From Deltaproteobacteria bacterium (lineage in GTDB: Bacteria > Desulfobacterota > Syntrophia > Syntrophales > UBA2210): a DNA stretch of 64,000 nucleotides. Positions 36,312 to 44,518 of the stretch are shown here, piece after piece (positions within the stretch are counted from its first letter, which is position 1; every line of letters begins with the position of its first letter). Made by a program: the position numbers and the translations under genes. The notes under the pieces were generated by a model. That model was not told where the DNA came from. It did no database searches and was given only the letters and a program-made list of their open reading frames with translations. Location: positions 3,779 through 67,778 of the forward strand of contig JAFGBH010000005.1 in NCBI GenBank assembly GCA_016933215.1, written 5' to 3'.

Positions 36312-38624
36312 TTACGGCAGGGTGCCGTCCGCCGGGGTGACGAGGAAGCCGTCGATCCAGATGCCGCCCATGTCTCCGTCATCTTCGTAACCGCTTCCGC
36401 CGGTCACCGTGATGAATGCGGCGCTGTTCGATGAGACCATTTTCTGAGAGCCGATCGCCACGACCCCGCCGTTCCCAGCGAAGAACTCCAGGGAATCACC
36501 GCCGTTACAGTAGAGACTGCCGCTGTTCGTGACTTCATCGACACCAAAGAGATAGAACTCACCGCCGTACCCGCCTATGGAAGGATCACCACTTGCCAGT
36601 CCTCCGGTGGCAAAGACATCGCCGGCGTTGAGAGAAGATGCGGAGGAAGAAATCTCGATGTAGCCGCCATAACCAGCATAGGTCATTCCGCCCGTTGCCT
36701 CTCCTCCGAGTGCCGTGATATCTCCCGTGTTTTCGACGTAGTCATGACCGTAGAGCGAGACCCAGCCGCCGTAGCCGCCATTGTATCCGGTGCCGCCCGA
36801 TATATCGATATCGCCGGAGTTCAGGCACACCGTAAAGCCCGAGTAGAATTCGCCCTCGGCATCGAGATCTACCCAGCCGCCATCGCCGGCCCAGTTGTAT
36901 CCGTCAAGGAGGGCGTCACCGCCGACGGCCACGATATCGACACGGTTCGCCACGGGTCCCGCGGGGAAGGAAGTATACTCATCATACCCGTAAAAGGAGT
37001 CTTCCGTATACACCTCGACGCCGCCGGCGCAGCCGCCGTAACCGCCGTCTCCGCCGCTCGCGTCAATGAGTGTATAGCCGAGGAGCTCCGTGAAATTGAC
37101 GGGCGGGAACACCTCATCTTCGTAGGAATCGTTGTAGACCCACATACCCCCGGCGTAACCGCCGTTAAAGCCATCGCCGCCGTTGAGGGAGATATTGCCC
37201 GTGATCTGGATCATGCCGGGAGCAACGGGTTCACCGTCGTACATATCTGTGCTGGGATAGACATAGACCACGAAACCACCACCGTAGCCGCCCCAGTAGT
37301 AGTCGCCGGCAGCATCACCGCCGTTCCCCACGATCTCTCCCGTGCTGATGACCTTACCCCCCCGTGCCTCGAGGTAGATGAGCCCGGCGAAGCCGCCGTA
37401 GCCCGACGTTGTGGCCGAGCCGCCGCTTGCGTAAAGATTTCCCGCGTTGATACAGTCGCCGGCATATTCGTTTCCTGCATAGGCTTCTATAAGACCGGCC
37501 CAGCCGCCGTAGCCGTCACCGTTACCGCCGTTGCAGTAAAGGTTGCCGGAGTTGTGCAGGCTTCCCGCATCGGGCTCGAAATGGATCAGGCCGCCGTAGC
37601 CTCCCCAGCCGCCGTAACCCACGGAACCTGTCCCCCCGTTGGCATAGAGGGCGCCCGTATTGTAGACCGCCCATTCGGAATCGAGATGGATCTCGCCGGC
37701 CCAGCCGCCCTGGGCGCCGTTCCCGCCGGAGATGTCGATTGTCCCCGTATTGATGAGAGTGCCGCCGTATTCAGTTTGGGCGTCAACATCGACATAGCCG
37801 CCGTGACCTCCCCAGCCGAGTCCGAGACCGTCACCGCCTGACGCATCGATCGTGCCCTGAAGAAGCGCCCCGTTGTAGTTCCAGACGTAGATCTCGACGG
37901 CGCCGGCGTCACCGCCGCTGTCACCCATAGAGTCGGCATCATCACCGGCGGTATTGATCATCGACCCCTGTGTCGTGGTGAAGTGACCGTCGACATAGAG
38001 ATAGAGGGAGCCCTTGTCGGGACTCTCGGGAAGATTCGCGGTTTCGACCGTGCCCGCAATCACCACGTCATCTTCGAACTCCAGGTAGGCTCTCGTGCCC
38101 CCATCGTCGTTGAGATCCAGGGTGAGCGTCACCCCCGCCGCCACCTTAAGACCCGTCGCAATATTGGCCTCGTCATCAGGATCCCCGCTCACATACTGGT
38201 AGAGATAGTCGTTGCCCTCGAGCAGATAGAGATCTCCTGGTTCCAGTGTACCTGCCTCGTATACTTCAACTGTAGTATTCGTTGTGACGATGACGCCGTT
38301 ATCCCCCAGTTCTTCCGGATATACCGGAGTGGGGACCGTTACGTCCGCGTCGAGGGTCCTGGTCTTGACATAGAGGCCCGCACTGCCATAGGTGTAAATG
38401 CCCAGCTGACCGCCATACCCGCCGAACCAACCGTCACTCTCGCCCTCTCCGCCTTTCAGGGAGATGACGAAATTTCCATTGTCCCCCGTGGGCTCGTCAA
38501 GATCACCAACGATATCGCAACAGTCGCCGCCGCTGTAATACTTCTTGGTAATATCGTCACCGCACCCAAGGGTACCCAGCGAGATGAGAATTACACAGAA
38601 TAGAATCCAATACCGGTGTTTCAT
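36312..38624 (-). CDS. Gly/Tyr/Asp-rich repeat lipoprotein (predicted beta-solenoid), function unknown
   Basis: ORF track gives 36312..38678; the ATG at 38624 follows AAAGGAGG. MKHRYWILFCVILISLGTLGCGDD is a lipoprotein-type signal. About 14-15 degenerate units of N-x-G-x-[IL]-x3-GG-x-G...G-[YW]-[GA]-G-x-[IV]-x-[LVF]. Visibly GC-richer than its neighbours. Confidence 0.8.
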   Translation of the reverse strand: MKHRYWILFCVILISLGTLGCGDDITKKYYSGGDCCDIVGDLDEPTGDNGNFVISLKGGEGESDGWFGGYGGQLGIYTYGSAGLYVKTRTLDADVTVPTPVYPEELGDNGVIVTTNTTVEVYEAGTLEPGDLYLLEGNDYLYQYVSGDPDDEANIATGLKVAAGVTLTLDLNDDGGTRAYLEFEDDVVIAGTVETANLPESPDKGSLYLYVDGHFTTTQGSMINTAGDDADSMGDSGGDAGAVEIYVWNYNGALLQGTIDASGGDGLGLGWGGHGGYVDVDAQTEYGGTLINTGTIDISGGNGAQGGWAGEIHLDSEWAVYNTGALYANGGTGSVGYGGWGGYGGLIHFEPDAGSLHNSGNLYCNGGNGDGYGGWAGLIEAYAGNEYAGDCINAGNLYASGGSATTSGYGGFAGLIYLEARGGKVISTGEIVGNGGDAAGDYYWGGYGGGFVVYVYPSTDMYDGEPVAPGMIQITGNISLNGGDGFNGGYAGGMWVYNDSYEDEVFPPVNFTELLGYTLIDASGGDGGYGGCAGGVEVYTEDSFYGYDEYTSFPAGPVANRVDIVAVGGDALLDGYNWAGDGGWVDLDAEGEFYSGFTVCLNSGDIDISGGTGYNGGYGGWVSLYGHDYVENTGDITALGGEATGGMTYAGYGGYIEISSSASSLNAGDVFATGGLASGDPSIGGYGGEFYLFGVDEVTNSGSLYCNGGDSLEFFAGNGGVVAIGSQKMVSSNSAAFITVTGGSGYEDDGDMGGIWIDGFLVTPADGTLP

Positions 38625-38953
38625 ATTCCTTACCTCCTTTCTCTCTCCTTTTTTCGTTGTGGTAGTACTTTTCCTCAAGGATTGCTGAAAAACACCCTAT
38701 AATCATCTTCCCGAAGAAGGGGAAGACTCTTCCTCAAAGCAACTGCAAGAAGGCAATTTTCTCAAAGAAGAGGTCCGGATCGAGATACGGTATCAGCCGG
38801 TGTGTGATCTTACGTTCTGGTTGATTATTCGGCATGAAAAACAGAAACGCTTTCGAGAACCGAAATACAATTATCACAGATAATAACGTCTTGCTATCGG
38901 CCTGTCAATATGGAAAATAAGGAAATGCATATTTTTTTGTCGGGTTTTCCTGT

Positions 38954-40390
38954 CTAATTGACGTCTTCGAGGAAAAAGAGCGAGGGCTGGATGCCGAGTG
39001 ACGAGGGGTGGATGCCCCGCAGGATCTCTCGTGCAGTTGTGCCTTTCTTCAGTTCCTCGGCGGCGAGGTCCACCGTTTCACCCCTCGTGTAGCCTCCCTT
39101 TCCGTCGTCGGCGAGGAGCATGATGAGGGGGCGCGTCCGCTCCGATTCGTCCGGGTAGTCCACCACCAGTCCCATCTCGCCGCTGTCGAGCTCCAGGATG
39201 GTCCCTATCGGGTAGAGCCCCATCATGTTGATGAAGCTCTTCAGGAGGAGCGCGTCGAACTTCTTTCCCGCCTCAGCCCACATCATACGCAGTGCCTCGT
39301 CGGGCGTGAAGGTCCTCGGCCGGTAGCCGCGCTCCGAGGTCAGTGCGTCATAGGTGTCGGCGATGTGAAGTATCTGTCCGAAGAGGCTGACCTGTTGGAC
39401 GAAGTGCGTTTCGGGATATCCCGAGAGATCGGCATTGAGGTGGTGCTCAAAGGGGCCGAGAATCGTTCTCATTTTGAGGGTGCGCGATGCATGCAGCCAC
39501 AGGATTCGTCTCACACCGGTGAGCGGATGCTTTCTCATCTCTTCCCACTCCTCACCGCTGAGCGTGCCCGGTTTCATGAGGATATCCTTCGATACCTCCA
39601 CCTTGCCCAGATCGTGAAAGAGCCCGCTGATGGCGAGCTGTTCGAGAAAGATGTGCGACAGTCCCAGGCGCTTGCCGAGGCAGAGGCAGAGGAGGGCCAC
39701 GTTGACCGAGTGGGTATAGGTGTAATCGTCGTAGTCCCGGATGGTCGTGAGTCCCAGAAGAAGGGTGTCATCCTCCCTGACGAGATCCACCATGGTCTGG
39801 GCCAGGCGCCTCGCCTTTCTGACCCCTGCGGCACCCTGATGGGAGACCTTGTCGGCTACCTCTTTCACGGTGACCACGGCGTCGATGTAGGCCTGCTTCG
39901 CCCTCTCCTTCCTCTTGAGGACGAGACTGGGGGGCTCCTTTTTCTGTTCCTTCAGGGCGTTCACCCATGAAAGGCCCTTTTCCTTAAGCGTCTTCTCAAG
40001 CCATTCGGGGGGATTCTCATCTATGAGGGAATCGTTCAGAAGGTGTGCGAAGGTGGTAAGATCATCCGGCGCGACGTCGGTGAAGGGGGAAAGAAAATGG
40101 AAGCCCTCGAGTCCCCGCTGGGGAAAATATTCGAGCATCTCATTGATGATCGGGAATGTTTCCTTGCGGTAGAGAAGCTTCTCTCCCTGTATGTAGAACC
40201 GCCCCCGCCATATCTGGATCTTCAGGTCTTCTCCCTCGGACATCAGGGAGACGACACGATGAAATGCGGCACTGCTTTCTTTGACCAGCTGATTGTTGTC
40301 CTGATGGATCTGGACGGTGTTGAGCAGGTGGTGGAGGGCCCTGATGCAACGACCACCGAGATGTTCCGATTCCGTTTTTCTCTTCGGCAT
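38954..40390 (-). CDS. HD-GYP domain protein (putative cyclic-di-GMP phosphodiesterase/receptor)
   Basis: 478 aa. ISGLFHDLGKVEVSKDILMKPGTLSGEEWEEMRKHPLTG ... FEHHLNADLSGYPE. The HD and GYP motifs are present, but the usual HHExxDGxGYP is altered to HHLNADLSGYP. Confidence 0.85.
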   Translation of the reverse strand: MPKRKTESEHLGGRCIRALHHLLNTVQIHQDNNQLVKESSAAFHRVVSLMSEGEDLKIQIWRGRFYIQGEKLLYRKETFPIINEMLEYFPQRGLEGFHFLSPFTDVAPDDLTTFAHLLNDSLIDENPPEWLEKTLKEKGLSWVNALKEQKKEPPSLVLKRKERAKQAYIDAVVTVKEVADKVSHQGAAGVRKARRLAQTMVDLVREDDTLLLGLTTIRDYDDYTYTHSVNVALLCLCLGKRLGLSHIFLEQLAISGLFHDLGKVEVSKDILMKPGTLSGEEWEEMRKHPLTGVRRILWLHASRTLKMRTILGPFEHHLNADLSGYPETHFVQQVSLFGQILHIADTYDALTSERGYRPRTFTPDEALRMMWAEAGKKFDALLLKSFINMMGLYPIGTILELDSGEMGLVVDYPDESERTRPLIMLLADDGKGGYTRGETVDLAAEELKKGTTAREILRGIHPSSLGIQPSLFFLEDVN

Positions 40391-40406
40391 GGCGACAAAG
40401 GCTCCT

Positions 40407-42092
40407 TCAGTTTCCCTGTTTTTCCATGGCCCGTTTCGCTTCGCGCCTCACGCTCGGATAGAATGAGCGGCTGGCGTCTTCGAGGACCTGCCGGGCTTCA
40501 TCGGTCCCCATTGTGCTGAGGGCGATGGCAGCGCCCCTGCGACGGGCAGCTTTCCAGAACCGGGGCATCCATCCCTGGCGAAAAAGAACCCGACGCAGAA
40601 AGGGAAGGGAGCGGAGCGAACCGCATTTCCCCAATGCCCTGTAGCATGCAAGGATGTGGTTATCATCGGTACGCCGGTGGTTTCCCTTCTCAAGGTAGTC
40701 GATGAGGAGCTCTTCGGCAACGCTGTTCCTTGCGGCAGCCAGGTGATCGAGAATAAGGCTGTGAAGGGATTCATTGTCTTCGTCGATAAGGTGAAAAAGT
40801 TTTTTTATGCCCTCGGGGTCCCTTTTCAGAAGGCCTTTTGATGCCTCCAGGCGAACTTTCACGGAATGATGTCCTGCCATTTTCTTCAGCAGCTTGATGG
40901 GTCGTCTCCCTTCCAGGTTTCCAAGTATCTGAACAATTCTCTGTATCAGTTCTTCCTCCGAGGTGCCCTCCAGAAGTGATTCCAGGGGGCGGATATCTTT
41001 CGAGGCCATTTTCGTCATCGCATCGGTCAGTGTCTGCTGCATCCGGAGCGACGGGGTCTGAAGCAGAATGGGGCCGAGTGTATGAATGGCCTCGGGTCGG
41101 AGGAGGAGGAGAATATCCCTGATTTTTTCCATCTCATCGGGGGTCGCCTCCGTCCATGCTGATTGTAATGGTATGAGCGACTGGGGGTTCGAGACGGCAA
41201 GGAAAAAATCTTCGAGCGCTTCAGTTGTCCACGGCAAATCGAGGGGGGATTGTTCGAGGATGTATTTTAGACTCTCTAAAATCCCGAGGGCACGATCGAA
41301 GTTCCGCACAGCGAGAAATTCTCTCAACTCCTCCTCGAGGGTGTCAAGGACACTCTCGAAATTCTCCTTACTTGTGTCTTCAAGGAGACTGTCGAAGAGG
41401 GCATTCAGATAGTCTGATGTGGGGTCCCTCTTCTCCTCGATGCGGACCAGCTCCTGAAGCTTTTTCTCTTCCTCGGGAGATATTTCCAGCAGTTCCCTGC
41501 TGATTGTGACGTCGGTGACGATATCCAGGCCCTCCTCTTCGAGAAAGGACGGGTTACTGCTAACCCCCTCCGAATTGTGGGAGGGCGTAAAGTTCATTTC
41601 AGATTCGGCTCCCCAGGACATGTCGGCAACGTCGTAGTTGATATGGGGAAGTTCGGCTTCCCAGAAGGCAGTTACCAGATCGCCCTCGGGTTCTTCCGGC
41701 AGCGTCTCGTAAGCATTGAGAATCCTGAGAAATTCTTTTATTTCAGCGGAGCTGATTCCCTCGTTGAGTTCCACCCACCTGATGCCGTCGCGAAAAAGGG
41801 TGTAGGAAAAAGTTCCTTCTTCAAACTCCTCAATATGAATGACTTCACCATGAAAAAGAAGCCGGTTCTTTTGCAGCTCGAATCTGAGGCTTCTGTATGT
41901 CTGCAGAAATTTTCCGATCTGTCGCTGAAACTGATCGAAGGCATTGACGCAGATGGAGTGATCTTCGGGATAGAGAGAAAAGGTTTTCCTCAGGAAGAGA
42001 AGTTCGGCTACCGCCTTCTTTGCCGCCTCAATTTCCTCTCTTGTGGGCTCAGGTTTTACAGCTTTCACACATCTCTCCCGCGATGTCGTCAA
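40407..42092 (-). CDS. HEAT-repeat (PBS-lyase HEAT-like) protein
   Basis: 561 aa in the ORF track (TTG start). A GTG at 42068 preceded by GGGAGA is an alternative start. C-terminal HEAT-like repeats (SVKVRLEASKGLL..., HILACYRALGKCGSLRSLPFLRRVL, RRRGAAIALSTMGTDEARQVLEDA...PSVRREAKRAM). 16-nt gap to the HD-GYP gene. Confidence 0.7.
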   Translation of the reverse strand: MTTSRERCVKAVKPEPTREEIEAAKKAVAELLFLRKTFSLYPEDHSICVNAFDQFQRQIGKFLQTYRSLRFELQKNRLLFHGEVIHIEEFEEGTFSYTLFRDGIRWVELNEGISSAEIKEFLRILNAYETLPEEPEGDLVTAFWEAELPHINYDVADMSWGAESEMNFTPSHNSEGVSSNPSFLEEEGLDIVTDVTISRELLEISPEEEKKLQELVRIEEKRDPTSDYLNALFDSLLEDTSKENFESVLDTLEEELREFLAVRNFDRALGILESLKYILEQSPLDLPWTTEALEDFFLAVSNPQSLIPLQSAWTEATPDEMEKIRDILLLLRPEAIHTLGPILLQTPSLRMQQTLTDAMTKMASKDIRPLESLLEGTSEEELIQRIVQILGNLEGRRPIKLLKKMAGHHSVKVRLEASKGLLKRDPEGIKKLFHLIDEDNESLHSLILDHLAAARNSVAEELLIDYLEKGNHRRTDDNHILACYRALGKCGSLRSLPFLRRVLFRQGWMPRFWKAARRRGAAIALSTMGTDEARQVLEDASRSFYPSVRREAKRAMEKQGN

Positions 42093-42299
42093 CGATTACT
42101 TCTCTCAGCACTATCCCGATGGGAAAACGCTTCTCTTCCCGGAGCAGTTTCCGCAATGACCTCCACGCTTTTACCTTTGCCGGTGATGAAGACCGGCAAG
42201 GATCCGCCATCGTCATTCCGGATGGATAAAAAGGACACGGTGGCGCATCACAAACTTCAAGAAAATCAGTGTTTCAATCTTATCTCGTTTTGTCGAGGA

Positions 42300-42328
42300 A
42301 GTATAATGGCTTGACCGCTCACTGTCAA
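42300..42328 (-). promoter_or_regulatory. Candidate sigma70 promoter of the HEAT/HD-GYP operon
   Basis: The minus strand reads TTGACA (42328-42323), 17 nt spacer, TATACT (42305-42300), about 200 nt upstream of the HEAT gene start. Confidence 0.45.
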
Positions 42329-42517
42329 TGAGGAAAATGACGCAGGCCGGCCCGCATTGTCAATGTATCGCTGTTGAAAATGGCCGGGGAAATATCATAA
42401 TTGATAAAAAACGGCGCCAGATTTATGAAAATTGGTCCGCCGATTGCGATTCGCTGCAACGATCGTGGGGTAATGGGCCAAGAGTATTTTTAGCCGTGAA
42501 GCCCCTTTATGGGCCTG

Positions 42518-42991
42518 TTACCCTTCGTACCGTTCCAGGTCTAACTCCAGAACATTCCAATAATCAATATCGGGAAGACCAAAGGGATGTTTTTTTTTGT
42601 TCTTACCAATTATCCTGTAATGAAACTTCTTTGTGAACCACTCCACATTCTCGGGGCGGTCGGTTTCAGTCCTGACCCTCTTTATTCCTCTTTTCTTCAT
42701 TTCATCGAGTCGTGCTTTTTGAAGCTTATAGCCAATCCCTTTATTCTTGTAATCGGAATCGACGGCAAGGCTTGCCGTTTCAGCAAGCTCCTCCGAATGA
42801 ATGATGTAGCTGCAGACACCGATTACCCTGTCCCGATCAAGGGCCACAAAGGAATTGCCTATATTTATTGAGCTTCGCTCGGGGTCGGGATTCTCCCGGG
42901 AAGGTATAATGGGAGCAATATTCCACTGTGAGAGTATGCTGACAGCATGCGACATGTCTTCCGGAATCATCTTTCGTATGGTGATACTCAT
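42518..42991 (-). CDS. GNAT-family N-acetyltransferase
   Basis: 157 aa. LAVDSDYKNKGIGYKLQKARLDEMKKRGIKRV is the acetyl-CoA-binding motif A region. Confidence 0.85.
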   Translation of the reverse strand: MSITIRKMIPEDMSHAVSILSQWNIAPIIPSRENPDPERSSINIGNSFVALDRDRVIGVCSYIIHSEELAETASLAVDSDYKNKGIGYKLQKARLDEMKKRGIKRVRTETDRPENVEWFTKKFHYRIIGKNKKKHPFGLPDIDYWNVLELDLERYEG

Positions 42992-43015
42992 AGACCCTCC
43001 TTTTATCGAGACTGG

Positions 43016-44377
43016 TCAGACGAGTGCCTTCCAGTCCACATGGGAAATAACCGGTCGTATCTTGCCGGAGGCGTCAGCGATAATATCATCATGATCCACA
43101 GAGCGTATCGAAACCTTCATCTCTGACCCCACCAGATCTTCTATGCAGAATGCCAGCTTTTCCTTTTGCTCGTCGGTCCACATTTTTCCGGGAACCACAT
43201 GAACGAGTAATTGTTGTGAGGATTCCTGGATAAACTGAACAAGGTCAATGCCGGTCACAAGCTCCGGTAATGTAAAAAGTGATATGATAAATCTGCCGTC
43301 GGGTGTGACAATAATATCATCACTTCGTCCGTGAATTGCCTTTATGAGGGGAAAGGTCCGCCCGCATGGACATGATGCAGTCGGATCGGTAAAAAGCTCG
43401 ATGCCGTCCCCCATGTCGTATCTCACGAGAGGCATTGCGAGATTATACAGAGACGTGCCGAGGGCATCACCAATCATTGAATCGCCCTTCGCTGAAGGTT
43501 TCAGATTGGCAAATTCCAGAAAACCATAGTCGGAATTGATGTGATATCCTCCATGCATACATTGCGAAATTGCCGCGGTACCCTCCATATTTCCATAGGA
43601 GTCCAGGACAGGGCAGTGAAACACCTATTCGGCCATGGCACGATACTGCGGTGTAAGGACTTCGCCGGTGGAAAATATGGCTTTGAAAGACAAATCGGAA
43701 ATTCCGGCTTCCCTGATAATGAGGGCCAGAAAATTGATCGATGCGGCCATTCCCTTGAGAAATTGCGGCCGATATTTTCGAAGCGCCTCGGCAAATTCTT
43801 TCCCGCGGGAAAGGGAGAGCTGGCTGCTGTTTAACATCAGCCGTCGCACAGGGGGCTGCCAGAGCGCCACCGATTGACTGTGTCGTTCTCGTTCGAAAAA
43901 AAACCGGGTACCCATCTGAGCAAAACGATCTCCCAGCCGGTAACCGGCCCAGCTCCAGTGTCGCCAGTAATAGACGAATTCGAGGATGCGGGCGTTTTTG
44001 TCTAAATAGAATTGCAGCGGAGATCCCGTTGTCCCGCTGGTGGTAAACGCACGAGGACGATACCGGGAGGCATTATCAGCAGCGAAATCCGCAGCACTCT
44101 CCCTGACTGCACTTTTCGAAAGTATGGGGAGTTTTTTCAGGTCATCGACAGTCTGAATATCACGGGATGAAAGTCCAAGGTTGTTAAAAAGACGCCGGTA
44201 ATAGGGGACGTGATCGCAGGCATGCTGAATGATAACGGCAAGACGCTGATTCTGGTACGCCGCAAGTTCATTCGGCGAAAGCCATTGCGTCCGCTCAAAG
44301 GTTCGCCTGAGGCGGTAGATGCTGAGAGGATAACAGAAATCTCGTATACTGAAATCTATCGGCATAAGTCGAAACAA
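43016..44377 (-). pseudogene. CapK/PaaK-like adenylate-forming enzyme (phenylacetate-CoA ligase family) interrupted by one in-frame TAG
   Basis: ORFs 43625..44377 and 43016..43624 are in the same frame, separated only by TAG (43627-43625): ...TPQYRAMAE*VFHCPVLDSYGNMEG... The N-part has TTSGTTGSPLQF (AMP-binding P-loop). The C-part has YGNMEG (YGxTE). The joined length of 453 aa is typical for the family. Confidence 0.75.
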
Positions 44378-44518
44378 TCTTTATAAGTGAAATGTATTTG
44401 ATATATCAACATGTATGTGCCTCACCCATAGTCTCTCGGTAAAAGATTATTGTATGCCAGGCCTGTGGGGGGGCAATGGACGGTTGATTATAAATGCGGT
44501 GAAGCGGTATCGCACCAT

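Noticed and set aside
36744-37841. 365-aa plus-strand ORF, with several other 89-206-aa ORFs on both strands (36869-37174, 37211-37480, 37586-37945, 37983-38603), overlapping the Gly-rich lipoprotein gene
   Set aside because: They are artefacts of the GC-rich, GGN/GCC-repetitive sequence, which depletes stop codons in several frames. They have no RBS and Ala/Val/Arg-rich nonsense composition. The minus-strand frame has a signal peptide, an RBS and a terminator.
42093-42235. Small minus-strand ORFs (about 45-55 aa, for example ...GGSLPVFITGKGKSVEVIAE...) in the leader of the HEAT/HD-GYP operon
   Set aside because: They require GTG starts without an RBS, and the two candidate frames are mutually exclusive. 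The sequence may simply be a 5' UTR.
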